Positions 13,762 to 26,870 are shown, counted from the first letter of the stretch. The stretch: 64,000 bases of DNA from Octopus bimaculoides (GCF_001194135.2 NC_068981.1:87005548-87069547); one strand, 5' to 3'. The notes: generated from the letters alone by a model not told the origin. Numbers and translations: made by a program.

Positions 13762-13970
13762 GGCGGCAAGCTCGCAGAAACGTTAGTACGCCGGGCGAAA
13801 TGCTTCGCAGTATTTCGTATGTCTTTACGTTCTAAGTTCAAATTCCACCGAGGTCGACTCTGTCTTTCATCCTTTCGGAGTCGGTAAATTAAGCAACAGT
13901 TGCGTACTGGAGTAGATCTAATCGACTGGCTCCCTCCCCAAAAATGTCGGGCCTTGGGTAGAAAAGAATA
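13762..13970 (+). mobile_element. SINE family A, full length
   Basis: ggcggcaagctcgcagaaacgttagtacgccgggcg head, gttcaaattcc B-box, conserved body. Confidence 0.85.
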
Positions 13971-14182
13971 TTGGTTTCAAATTTTGGCACAAGTCCATCA
14001 ATTTTGAAGGAGGTGTAAGTCGATTATATCGACCCTAGTTCTTAACTAGTACTTATTTTATCGACCCCGACAGTATGAAAGGCAAAGTTGACCCCGGCGA
14101 AATTTGAACTAAGAACGTAAAGACGAACGAAATGCTGCTAAACATTTTGTCCGTCGTGCTAACGATTCTGCCAGGTCGTTGC
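13971..14182 (-). mobile_element. SINE family A, full length, tail-to-tail with the previous copy
   Basis: Reverse complement of the same head and body, ending in the aaaatttgaaaccaa tail. Confidence 0.85.
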
Positions 14183-14635
14183 TTTATTGTATAGTTAATA
14201 TCAAAATATCATTTTCGTCCGTCTTAACGCTCTGAGTTCAAATTCCAGTAAAGTCGACTTTGCCTTTTATTCTTTTGGGGGTCAATAAAATAAGTACCAG
14301 TTGAGAACTGAGGTCGCTGTAATCAACTATCCCTATTGCCCCAACATTACAGGCCTTGTGCATACAGAAGAATGTATTAAAACGTCATTTAGTTGATGTT
14401 TCACCTATTTTATATTTTATAGGATTAATTCACGCGTTATTTAGTTACATAGTTAACCAAACCGAGTGTTATTTACTATATTTAACAATAATGGCCAACT
14501 ATTGAAACCAAATGTATGTAAATAGTCCTGTTGATAGACTTCCCAAACTGTTCTTTAAAATTAGTTAAGAAATGCACAACAGTAATCTCCTAATATAATA
14601 ATGAGCGTAGTGTTTTTATACATTTGCATATATAT

Positions 14636-14770
14636 NNNNNNNNNNNNNNNNNNNNNNNNNNNNNNNNNNNNNNNNNNNNNNNNNNNNNNNNNNNNNNNNN
14701 NNNNNNNNNNNNNNNNNNNNNNNNNNNNNNNNNNNNNNNNNNNNNNNNNNNNNNNNNNNNNNNNNNNNNN
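14636..14770. other. Assembly gap (N run); further gaps at 24720-24729, 30742-31330, 37702-37720, 38557-38566, 42425-42651, 44100-44384
   Basis: N characters, mostly flanked by microsatellites. Confidence 0.99.
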
Positions 14771-14813
14771 TATATATATATATTTGTCCAAAATACGTAG
14801 TAGGAGTGAATGG

Positions 14814-14852
<39 letters not shown>

Positions 14853-15202
14853 AAAATACGTAGTAGGAGTGAATGGTGAAGGGAGAGGAGAGAAAATAGT
14901 AATTCAGTGAAGGAGAAGTAATAAGAGTAATAGCCATGACTGAGAGGGAATGACAGAAAGTAATAGCAATGAGAGAGAGAGGAAATGGCAAAGAGAGCGT
15001 CGTGTATCTTCTACTATAATAATCTTACTGTAATAATACACTTGTGTATTTCTCCGTCACAACATATGAATGAGAAAGGGAGGGGTGATTCACCGATAGA
15101 AGTGGGATGGTGAGAAGTCAACGGTGAAACAAAAATCAAACAGCGCTTCAATTCTGTATGAGCATAAGTGAAGTGTGTGCGTGTAAAAGGGAGGAATGTG
15201 AA

Positions 15203-15261
<59 letters not shown>

Positions 15262-15472
15262 TATTTATATATTTGAGTGAGTGTATATGTGTTTGTGTAT
15301 GTTTATTTAGAAAGATATATTGAAAATAGAATCATAGATACCAGTGCATTTACACATACATATATAAACAGACACACTTAACAAGGAAGGAAGCGTGCTG
15401 TCACAAAGTATAGAAAATCGCGATCGCTACAGACTGTGCAACTCATACATATAAATGCATATATATGCACGT

Positions 15473-15532
<60 letters not shown>

Positions 15533-16626
15533 GGAGCACTGTTTGGTTTTTATTTTCACCTTTTGTACCCTTCTTATATATAAAATACTACAATTAGCTA
15601 TCATTTTTGACGGCACGGGGTTAGCTAGTATTTAAGAAACCTTAACAAAAATTAGCACCACCAATATTTTGATATTTTCACCTTGTTTCATCCGTAGACT
15701 GTCTTCTGACCCGTCCATAATTCCAGATGTACGTCCAGCACGGTTAGTATGTGTATTATCTACCACGAGCAGAATTTGATCTAATATAAATTTGATGCAA
15801 ATACATTTCAAATTCTGATTGTATGACAAACATATAAGTATAGTCAAGTAATCATATAAATCAGTAACGTTTTCAAGCAGACAGTGACGTTTAGTAGAAT
15901 ATTTTTTTAGTGTTGCCATTTTACACAGCAGACACGAAGAGGTATTTATAGATTGTTTATATATTTCCATAGTGTAAATAAATTTTGAGCAAAATATAGT
16001 TTGATAAAGTACAGAAGACCGGAAAATCAAAATTATTGTTGGCATGAGTGTCTTTTTATATTTCCACGCACCAAAATATGCTTTATAATGAAAATCAATA
16101 CCAACAAATATTGAAAATTGTGGCCCATAGAAAGATAAATTGTTAAATAGTTTTTCCAATAGCCAAGATTGTTCCGGAATATCATACTATAAATATCACT
16201 AATTGCTGAAAGGCAGAGCCATCATATCAAAAGTTTGCTGACTAACTCTGTAATGGGAGGGTGTATGTTTTGCAAATTCGCTGTAATTCACTCAAAGCTT
16301 ACAATTCCGTCAATTATTTACACTGAATGAAGGAATTAGTGTTGAAGAACTATATGGAACAATTGTGGATAAACAATTTTCTGGAATGCGGACAAATTTT
16401 TATTTATCAGACATATGGTTTGTGTAATATTTTGACTCGCTTAGAAGCATGTTTCTATTTTACATCTTGAGATATTTGACTACGAGAACATATACATCTT
16501 TCTATACGGCAAAGTTGGCAATGAATTTCATTCTTACACAAAATAGTTCTTTGACCAGCTTCATAACACTGTGAAATGATTGATATGTGCATTGTCACAG
16601 TCACAATTTTGGGGGGAAATGTTGAC

Positions 16627-16963
16627 ACACTGGTATATGACTAGTACTTGTTTTATGGACACACTAGTGTATGACTAGTACTTGTTTTATGGACACACTA
16701 GTATATGACTAGTACTTGTTTTATGGACACACTAGTATATGACTAGTACGTGTTTTATGGACACACTAGTGTATGACTAGTACTTGTTTTATGGACACAC
16801 TAGTGTATGACTAGTACTTGTTTTATGGACACACTAGTGTATGACTAGTACTTGTTTTATGGACACACTAGTATATGACTAGTACTTGTTTTATGGACAC
16901 ACTAGTGTATGACTAGTACTTGTTTTATGGACACACTAGTATATGACTAGTATTTGTTTTATC
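16627..16963. repeat. 34-bp minisatellite, about 10 copies, SINE-derived
   Basis: acactagt(a/g)tatgactagtacttgttttatggac at 34-bp spacing from 16627; runs into a minus-strand SINE body (atttgaactcagaac at ~17002). Confidence 0.92.
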
Positions 16964-17559
16964 AACTTCAGAAAGATGAATAGCAAAATCTACCATGACA
17001 ATATTTGAACTCAGAACATAAAGAAGCATCACTAAATATCATGTTATTCAGTACGACATTCCATAATTTCTTCCCTCCGTTATTATTTTCATTTTATGCT
17101 TTCCAGAATTATTCGTTGTCATTCCCGTTACCATCAAAGGACTTTATTGCTGAATACTTGGTGCAAACAAGGAATAAGAATATCATATTTATATTTATAA
17201 TTTTTTTTGTAGCTGTATTAAGTATTTTAATGAGTCTCAGTTCTTCTAATTCTTCCGGGGTTTTTTTCAAAACATTTATAATATCTAAATAACTACTATC
17301 AATTTATTTCATTGTCATAATGCTGAACAATTCAAGAGTTAAAACCGTATTCTTCTACTGTAATTTAGAACTTAGGACATTCTCTAAACTGAAACGAAGC
17401 CGAATACAACAAACTGATTTATTGGAAATTTTTAATGATAAATTGGATCATAAATACTATTATGAACGGCAACTTTATGTTATTCATATCTTGTGACAGA
17501 TGCCGTAGAACGCCAAGAAAGAAGCAAGTGTATCTGGTCTGCTACAAATGTTTCGATTA

Positions 17560-19844
17560 CACTGAACAACAAAGATTTCACTACTGGAGTAAAAGCTTGT
17601 GTTTTAGGCCAAATCGAGGATGCTGATTCTGAATCTGCACTCAAAATTCTTCTAGCACGTTAGGATTTTGAGTTATGCACATGCGCAAGATTATAACTAT
17701 ACTTTTGGCTAGATATAGGCCGTTTTATAAAATTTGCTTAAATGAAAGCAGTCTTAATTCAAAATCTAAAAAATAACAGCAATAAAACAAACGATGAGAA
17801 AGTTCATTATTTAATTTAGTAATAGATGGCGCTGACGTATTATGTTTAAGCGCCAAATACGTCAATTTGTTCTTGCTAACTCTCTGTGTCGACTGCGCTG
17901 CCGTCACGTGTGGTATGTGTATCTCTCGCTCTGCGTGATTACTGATTTGATAGTGTTCATTGTGTCAGATCATGAATAGGAGATTCTGTGTGAATCACCC
18001 AAATAACTTTTGTTATGTCTGTGGAAAATTTGCTCCGCGTGACCAGCAGAAGAACATTAAAAACTGCCAAATTAAAAACTGCCCATAAGTATTATTTCTG
18101 GTGGGACGAAAACAAGAGGTGGACGCTTTATATATGGTGCATCGTGTGTTGCTCAGGGCTTACACAATGGTTGAATGGAAAACGGGAGGGAATGCCTTTT
18201 ACTGTACCAATGGTATGGCGTGAGCCAACCAATAATGTCTGTGAATGCTACTTTTGCATGACTAAAATTAATGATTTCTCAAAGAAAACGAAAGCAAAAA
18301 TTGTGTATGCAAATTGTAAGTCGGCTCTAAAGCCGGTCCCACATGACTTCGAGAACCCTGTCCCAGTTCCTCTCTCACATGATTCACTTGAAGACATTGA
18401 CACGTCGCACGATGAACCTCCTGATTCTACTATCGACGAAGAGTATATAGTTGATACTAAGAAAAATGAGCCACACTTGTTTAATCAAGATTTGAACGAC
18501 TTAGTAAGAGACCTGGCATTTTCAAAGGAGAAGACTGAAGTTTTGGGATCCAGGTAACAGCAACGGAATCCCTTACAGCAAGGTACGAAAATTTCCATTT
18601 TCCGTTCTCGACATGAAGGCTTATCTGCCTTTTCCAAGCAAGAAAATAATGCTTGTTTCTGTACTGTCGTTAATGCACTCATGCAAAAACTAGGACACGA
18701 GCATGTGGCTAACGAATGGGGATTGTTTATAGACTCGAGTAATGTTAGCCTCAAGGCTGTGTTGCTACATAATGGTAATGAAAAACCTTCTGTTCCTGTG
18801 GGTTATGTTGTCGGTATGGAAGAAACTTATGAATCGATGGAACTCATTCTGCAAGGAGTTAGTTACTCAGTTCATAAGTGTAATATTTGTGGTGATTTAA
18901 AGGTGATTTCCCTCTTAGGACTGCAGCAAGGATGTACCTAAAACATGTGCTTCTTGTGTGTTTGGAACAGACGCGACAACAGCAATCATTACACTGTAAG
19001 AGTCTGGCCTAAAAGAGATGAGCGCATAGTTGGTGGGTACAATATGCAGCATATGCTATTGCTAGGCCCGCAAAAGATCTTCCTTCCACCCCTTTACATC
19101 AAACTCGGCCTCATGAAAAACTACTTAAAAGCAATGACACACGATGGTTCTGTCTTCCAGTACCTGAAAGTAAAATTTGGCACAGAGAAGGCATTTTCAT
19201 TGGATCCGAGATCAGAGAATTGATATCTGAAAGCAAATTCAAAGGTAAACTGAATCCAGTTGAGTTGACGGCATGGGATTCATTTGTGTTAGTTGTACAG
19301 AACTTTCTTGGAAATCATAGAGCTGAAAACTACGCTGATTTAATAAACAACATGCTAACAGCGTATGAAAGAGTGGGATGCCGAATGTCCCTTAAAATGC
19401 ACTTCTTGCATTCTTATCTCGATTTTTTTCGAACGAATCTTGGTGCCGTTAGTGATGGGTGACTACTGCTGGTTCCTACAACGGGAGACCAGTACAACGC
19501 ATAAGCGCAAGAGCAAGTATCTCAAAATTTCTGAGCTGAGCGTATAAAAAATAAAGCATTTCTTAACATAAATATACCATGTACCATTATATTATAAAAC
19601 TATTTGCCTTGAACATAAATTTATTATATACAGTACTAATATACTATTATAATAATTATTTACCTTGAAGTTAACTATTCCTGATACTAATATGGTATGA
19701 ATATATAATTATGCGCATAACTCAAAATCCTGACGTGCTACAGCAATTCTGAGTTCAAATTCGGAATCAGCGTACTCGATTTAGTTTAGAACAGCACTAT
19801 TTGTCTGGGGAGCAGACAATAATTTTTTTTTTTTTTGAGCAGTC
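17560..19844 (+). mobile_element. Chapaev (Chapaev3-like, CMC) DNA transposon, near full length, transposase disrupted
   Basis: Long imperfect TIRs (gctgattctgaatctgcactcaaaattcttctagcacgttaggattttgagttatgcacat at ~17620-17685 versus its reverse complement at ~19710-19772); left end tta|CACTGAACAAC; ORF pieces with MPFTVPMVWREPTNNVCECYFC (Chapa-like), LFIDSS..SLKAVLLHNGN, ICGDLKV, LPPLYIKLGLMKN, MSLKMHFLHS. Confidence 0.85.
18015..19462 (+). pseudogene. Chapaev transposase with stops and frameshifts
   Basis: ORFs 18015-18557, 18681-18941, 18945-19223 and 19220-19462 are colinear pieces of one transposase. Confidence 0.85.
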
Positions 19845-20214
19845 ATTTCATTATACTGCTGAGGGACTTGTAAAAAAATGCAACATTTGCACCATCTCAT
19901 TCCATTTCCACTAAAACTCTAAGTTTTGTACATAAAAATCTCATCTGTATTATTCAGTTTTGCATTGACAGTACACCACACTTAATCGACCTCAATATTT
20001 TACTGGTGCTAATTTCCTCGATTCTGAAACCATAAAAATGGTATTTCCATGCAGTTGCACTCAATAAAGAAAATGTAAAATATTCACTGGAATTTACACT
20101 CAGAACATGAAAAGGTGAAACATAAATGTTGCCAGTTTCTGCCACTTCGCTGTTCCTGTGATCTATATAGATAATCAATAATGAAGTAAAGATCAATAGG
20201 GAGCATGGGGAAAT

Positions 20215-20480
20215 ATTCACGACCGAATACAGTAGTGCCTCGACCCCAAGATTCCGAGTCCGATTCCAGGCAGTGACCTTAATAATAATAATAATAACAG
20301 CATTAAAAAAATACCTTAGGAATGAAAACTCAGGTTCAAAATTTCCCCAAGACACCTGATGAAGGTTGGAGGGTATATCAGCCGAAACGTTGTGTTAACA
20401 ACAAAGAAAGATGAGGACAAATATCCGTCAAATATAAATAATGTAAATAATGTACATAATTCCTCAACTTTTAAATATGA
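20215..20480 (+). mobile_element. Short element: tRNA-like head + (AAT)n + hammerhead-containing tail
   Basis: B-box-like gagtccgattcc (20256-20267), short aat tract, then the hammerhead motif and an AT-rich tail. Confidence 0.55.
20351..20396 (+). ncRNA. Minimal type I hammerhead ribozyme (dimer type)
   Basis: Stem I GACAC/GTGTT; core CTGATGA (20356-62) plus A; stem II GGTTG/CAGCC; GAAA (20384-87); self-complementary ACGT stem III; cleavage triplet GTT. Confidence 0.8.
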
Positions 20481-21629
20481 AACTCTACAACATACTGTAA
20501 ATTGAAATTGCTTTTAAAATAAATTTCACTAGTCAAAAGGTCGAGCATAAATTTTTATGAAAGCAATTGCTAATCTTCTGGATGCAAATAAATTTTTGTC
20601 TTGTTTAGTTGCAACTTAATTATAGGAAAAAGATCCCATAACTTCTTCAAGGTCTTCCAAGCTGGTGTGAGAAAAAGAACGAGAGAAGAAAATACCTTTT
20701 TACCAGAGACTTGGTTTCATTGCGTACACCAGAGTGCACTTACTTGAGAATGCCTAATGCTATTTCTTCCGACTTTCTGCACTCTGTGTTCAAATTCCAC
20801 CCAAGTCATCTTAGCTTTTCAGCCTATCTGGCCGATAAACAAGCACCAATCCAGTTAGGATGATTGATGGAAGCGTTAGAACGTCGGACCGAACGCTCTG
20901 CAGGATTTTTCCTGGCTCTTTGCGTACTGAAATCAAGTTCCGCCGAGGTTTGCTCGGGTGGTAGATTTAGTCCGTCACCAGTTTAGCTACACCTCCACCT
21001 GAAACTTAGATGGCTTTTAGCCGAGTAAATTCTATTGCAGGTATCTGGTTTGAAAATACCGACCTTATTTCCAACAATCTCGAAAACCCTGTAAAAGGTC
21101 ACATGCACTGACTTCACTCCGACATAGCACGCAAGGATCAAGTCAATGGAAGAGAATTGAGAAATTGACCTATATCGATACTCGATGAAAGATGTTAGCG
21201 TTAATATCCGGCATAATCATTTTCGAGCAGATTCACAAAGCTACTCAAGGTTTCTATAAATCTGAGAGTTTACGGGTGAACGTTCTATAGCATTTCTTGA
21301 GATGAGTACTCCATATTTTGTGCGTGTGTTTTGTTTTGTTTTGTTTTTATATTCAGATATCCTACCTTTCAGTACAACTGGTGGGTGACTCACTTTAGTC
21401 TTAATTCTGTCAAAAGTTCGTTAACACAAGCAAAGTTGTACGATATTGGGTCCATATCAGTGATGGAAATGGTGGTGTATACAAAGGGGTGGTGTTCCCT
21501 GCTTTTCCGGTCATAAAGTTGAGTGATACCTTTGCAACCTCAGCTTCTCGAATCTTAGTCTACCTCTAGTTCCCAACTGATGGATTCTGCCACCCAAGAA
21601 CAGGAATGGAGGCCTTCAACGAGCTTCCA

Positions 21630-21790
21630 GGCAGCTTCTGCCTACTAAATTTCACTCAGCTAGTTTTGGTCGAACAAAATCTATGATAGAAGACACTTAC
21701 CAAAGATGCCGTATGCTGGGATCGAATATTTGGGTACGATAGTTACAGTATAGTTACGAAGCGTACATCTTAATCATGCAACCGTTACAG
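21630..21790 (-). mobile_element. SINE family B head, degenerate
   Basis: tagaagacacttaccaaagatgccgtatgctgggatcgaa resembles the reverse complement of the 1645 head. Confidence 0.5.
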
Positions 21791-22997
21791 CACATTAAGA
21801 AGGAGTCTGAAAAAATGCTACTTATCTTTTAAATTACAGACGTTTGATTACATTTGTAATGCTTATAAACATTCTTCATTTTCCTAAGCCTTTTCTGGTA
21901 ATCTCCATGAAGCCAGTCTATTCATTCTTTCTCTTTTACACACAAATACACGTCCGCATAAACAAATACAACGACCTTGGTTTTCATTACAAATTTATAA
22001 TACACTGCAAGAGGTACCCGGTGTTACTTGAGTGCCAACAATTCTTTCCAACATACCTGGCTTAACTTACAAGATTCTATACAGTTTTTGTATATAATTA
22101 TATCTGCGATTTTTCTATCTATGCAGATACATGTCTAAAGCTGATTTTTTTTTTTACATTCCTATGATGTGTAAAGCCTTTAAGACCGTTTACTGTGTTT
22201 ATTGATAATTTTACTTTTATGACTTAAGAAAATACTATCTTCATGTTTTACTTTATATATTTTCTTGCAATAATATTATTATGCAACACGTTAAATAGCA
22301 GCAGTTCTAACAAAAGTGTGTTTTATTCAGTAAGAGCTCTAATGCAGGCAACATTTGCTGTTCTGCGGTTTGATGTTCCAATGAAAAGATTTCTACTTGG
22401 TCCAACATATATACATAAAACATAAAGTTGACAATAAGAGAAACGTGGATTGATTTCAATGCAGTTATAAAACCTGAGGGACTATCTCCGACACAGAAAG
22501 AGGTAGTGTTACTGGAAACTAATGGGGTATGGGGATGAGAAGAACGTGTGTAATGGAAACAATTGGGTGGGGGCGAAACCGGCCATAAAGGTGACTTCGA
22601 TGAAAAAGACATTAGAATTTTGACAACGAATTTTTGTACCTTTACAGAATTTTTCTACGTTCAAATTTTATAGCATCATAATTAGTTCGCCCAATTTCGG
22701 TTGTAGATCGTGAAAAGAGACTTCAGTAGGTCGAAGAGCCTTGATAAAAATGATATAGGCTGATAACTGTTGGAAGCAGGTAACATTAATATCCTGTACA
22801 GGATCATTTTCGAGGAGATTAAGAGGAAATTAAGAGTAACTATTCCGTAGCGTTCAATATTTTTTCTTTTTTTCTTTTTAGTACTATGACATCTCTCCTC
22901 TCAGTACAACTGATAACTCGCTTTTGTCCTTATTCTGTCCTAATCGACTTCCCCTTTCCTCAAAATCTGCTGGCCCTATGCCAAAATTTGAAACCAT

Positions 22998-23049
<52 letters not shown>

Positions 23050-23385
23050 GGCAGTGGTATTGTTTTCAGTCGTGTTTGTTTGTTTGTCCACGGACAAGAT
23101 ATCTCAAGAACCGCTAGATGGATTCAGGTGAAACTTTCAGGAATGTATGGCCTCGTAACTAGCACGAATTGATTAGATTTGATGATCGATCCGGTACCAA
23201 ACAAGGATTCTGGATGATTTTTTTACTTCATTTTTGAGAACGGTCGGGTTCATTTTTAGTATTCTCGTTTGTAAGAGCAGTCGAGTTTATTTCAGATATT
23301 CTCATTTTAAAAATCATCTCGGTTAATCGTTGAGAGAACTTTGGTGTAACCTTGGCGGAGGTCTGCACTCTCTGAGTGCTCTTGT
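23050..23385 (+). mobile_element. Helentron-associated non-autonomous element (HINE/DINE-1-like)
   Basis: 5' (gttt)n microsatellite, 3' subTIR-like ccttggcggagg (23350-23361) followed by the stem-loop gcactc-tct-gagtgc (23365-23379); the matching 5' subTIR is not seen. Confidence 0.65.
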
Positions 23386-23418
23386 TGTTGTTGTTATTAC
23401 TATCATTATTATTATTAT

Positions 23419-23465
<47 letters not shown>

Positions 23466-23511
23466 AGAGACAGAATCTGAAAAGATATTTCAGCGTGATA
23501 ATATGAAAGTT

Positions 23512-23731
23512 TAGCAAGACAGGAAACTGACAGAATCTTTAGCACTCCGAGCAAAATGCTTTGCGTCATTTCGTGCGGCTCTGTTCTGAGTTCAAATTCC
23601 ACGGGAATCGACTTTGCCATTTATCATTTCGGGGTCGATAAAATAAAGACCAGTTGAATAGATAGAATCAATATAATTGACTTACTCTTCCCACAAAATC
23701 TGCTGGCGCTATGCCAAAATTTTAAACCATC
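23512..23731 (+). mobile_element. SINE family A with gctggc..ccaaaattttaaacca tail
   Basis: gagttcaaattcc B-box and conserved body. Confidence 0.7.
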
Positions 23732-24579
23732 ATAATTATTTTCGGACTTAAGAGACAGAATCTGGAAAAGATATTTCCGCCTAACAACATTAAAGTTTAA
23801 CAGCATCGACCGGTGTAGCTTAGTTCTGAATTTTCCACTAAATTGATTGTCGTTTTTGTTTCACTATATTAAAGAGAAAAGATTTTGTTTGTTTTTTCTG
23901 TGGAGGTGGTGTAAAAGTAGTTGTTTACTTAAAGCTTCATATCCTCTGGTGTTTGTGCAAAAATATTATCAAAACTATGCACAAATATGCTAATACAGAT
24001 TTGTGCAGAGCTAAACAGAAGTAGAGTAATATGCTATGTAAATTACATACGGTTCAATGAGTAGGACGCCATACAAGATTTTGCCACGGGATATTTATTT
24101 AGTCAGTAAATCGCAAATATACACATATTATTCATGAATACGCTGCGCATAGAAACTCATTTCTGTTCTTTGGATATACATAAGTGTGTATGTGTGTGTG
24201 TGTGAGAGAGAGTAACTGCGCGCGAGCGCCCACGTGTGTGTGTGTGTGTGTCCCAACAGCAAAAACTGATTGTATTTTCTTCAGTGGCATATTAATTCTG
24301 AAGAAATGCTGATTGCTTGATATTATCTCCCTTTCTCATTCAGAGTCGGTTGCAATTTCCATTAAACACGATAGCCTTTAAGCGAGATTTATTTCAATGA
24401 ATCAAAATTTTATCTTCAGTGGTAATAAGTGTACCTTCATTCATTTTTGTTATCCAAGCTATCCAAGCCATTCAGAGTCATTTGTCTTTGTCCACGTTTG
24501 ATCGACCAGAGTAACAGATGTTGTTATACACCGCTTGTCACAATGCTCTTCTTCGCAGTGTTGCAGTTTTAAATAATAG

Positions 24580-24589
24580 ATAGACAGAG

Positions 24590-24669
<80 letters not shown>

Positions 24670-24729
24670 TGATAGATAGATAGATTGAAAGGTATAATAA
24701 ATAAACACTCTAATTGGTCNNNNNNNNNN

Positions 24730-24785
<56 letters not shown>

Positions 24786-24820
24786 TATGTGTGTGTGTAT
24801 GTGTGTATGTGTGTGTGTAA
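24580..24820. repeat. (TAGA)n and (TG)n microsatellites around a gap
   Basis: Directly visible. Confidence 0.95.
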
Positions 24821-26179
24821 GACATAGTGTTATGTTGCTGTGGATACTTACGATACATTCACTTACACTGTATATAACTTTTTAAGTGGAAATGTATATG
24901 TATGTTTTAATTCGTTGCAAGAATTCTAAAACCATTCTATTTATACACTGATCAGGTTAATCAGGAACAGTAGTTGATTAGTCTGGACTACTCGCTATAT
25001 TCATCAAACATTTGTCACCATATAAATAGTATTAGTTGTTGACTAATGTTTTAATAATTGCATTATTTCTTAACGCATTAATCTATTCTGAGTTTACAAA
25101 GTCTACAAATGGTGAAATAAACTAAATACTATTCAATTTGTTAATGGTAATAAGACGTACTATTTAAAGTCAAATTCTCGGTAGATTTACTAACTTTATA
25201 AAGGTTAATTGAAAATGGCTCCCTAAGCAATGTTGAACGACATGTGTATAGTTTTAGTCTGTTTGAAAATAGCATTGCAATTTACATTGTGCTTTGTAGT
25301 AAATGTCAGTTTAAGATAGTAAAAGCTATTAAATATAATGAAAGATAAAGTCTATGAATGGTCAATTGATACTAGGAGTTTGCTAAAGTCTACAAACCTA
25401 TCAAATTCTTTTCTTAATAATGAATGCAAGAAAAAACAAAAAACATCAAAAACATCAAAAAGCAAATGTATCTGTTAATTCTAGTTTAGCTGAATATTCA
25501 TTGATTAACCACCCACTAGTTTATTAAGTGATAACATCGCCAACACAATAATAATGTTAGCTTATATTGATTTCTAACTTTAACACAAGACTTTAACTCT
25601 TGTAGGCGGAGATCCAGTCGATTAAATCCGTCCCGGTATTTAATTATTTATTTTATATTATACCACAAATGGCAAATAATAGCGCTTTTTGGTTACAGGT
25701 TTCCAATGAGCCAATCATTAATTCACTATATTTCCGATGTCAGAAAGTTACAAGAGCGAATCACTGCATCTCGGATCAGAAGTATTTTATTTTTGTTTAT
25801 TAGTTTTTCTTAAATATACACGCGATAGCCACAAAAATATGCACACACGCACACATACAAACATATGTCAGCACATGCATACACTCACACACATACACAC
25901 ACACGTGTACATACATGTGTGTGTGTTTGTGTGCGTGTGCCTGCATACATACATACATGCATACATACATACACAACTGATATAGGAACGGAATTTGGAT
26001 TTGGCCAAAAGGAATGTTCGTATCTGATTATTGAATGTGGAAAATCGATTCTCGAAACCCAAAACCTGAACATCGACGGTCGCTCTGTGTCTCCTGTTCT
26101 ACACAAATAAAGCTACAAATACTCGGGTATTGATTAACACATATTTTGAAGGTGCTGCGAATAAGGATAAAGTGACCCG

Positions 26180-26870
26180 ATAATATTTCACAAGACTCAG
26201 AAAAATGTAGCAGTCGGAACTCTCCTCTTACAACACCTCACAATGTTTTCGCAGTACTAGTGCTGATACCAACATTTGTGAACCTTGACTGACCTGCAGA
26301 AGAAATTCTCTTCTTAGACATTAAAACCCGTGAGACCCTGACATGTATTGGAAACTTCCACAGAAACAGAGATATTGATAAAGGAGGTAGAAGCTTGAGA
26401 TCAGTGCAGAAAGACTTTGAATGTGGTATAGTATCTCTAAGACTGCAGAAAAATTGATAATATAAACCTAGTGCTGAAAAGCACAGAGAACAACACTCTA
26501 CGCGTGGGCAGTGAGCATTCTCTTCCTGACGATCTCTCATGCAGCCCCAACACCTGGATAAACATATCTCAAAGACCTGAATATGAAACGCTCAGCGTAA
26601 ACAATATACAATGCCATAAAAAAAAACATTGTCCTAAGATAAATATGGGGAATACCACTTGTAATTGAATACATACATAAATATAAATAAGAAATATTGC
26701 TGAAACATTCCCATCAAAACTCCTATCAAGTGCAAACATAATAAGCTAAAGAAGATTTATGGACTGTCATAGGGGTCAGCTGCACAACTGCAGTGAATAT
26801 CTCATCGAAAATCTGAGAGAAATAGAATAACTATGGGCATATATTTCGAAACCTTCAGTTTCTACACCCA
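26180..26870 (+). mobile_element. R4/Dong-clade LINE internal fragment (post-RT)
   Basis: + strand VFAVLVLIPTF..EEILFLDIKTRETLTCIGNFHRNRDID-KGGRSLRSV parallels the region at ~58540-58720. Confidence 0.6.

Noticed and set aside
14786-14880. 32-bp direct repeat around a (TA)n tract
   Set aside because: Directly adjacent to an N gap; probably a contig-end overlap artefact rather than a TSD.
16627-16963. 34-bp repeat array resembling CRISPR
   Set aside because: Units are head-to-tail with no unique spacers, the context is eukaryotic, no cas genes are present, and the unit derives from a SINE.
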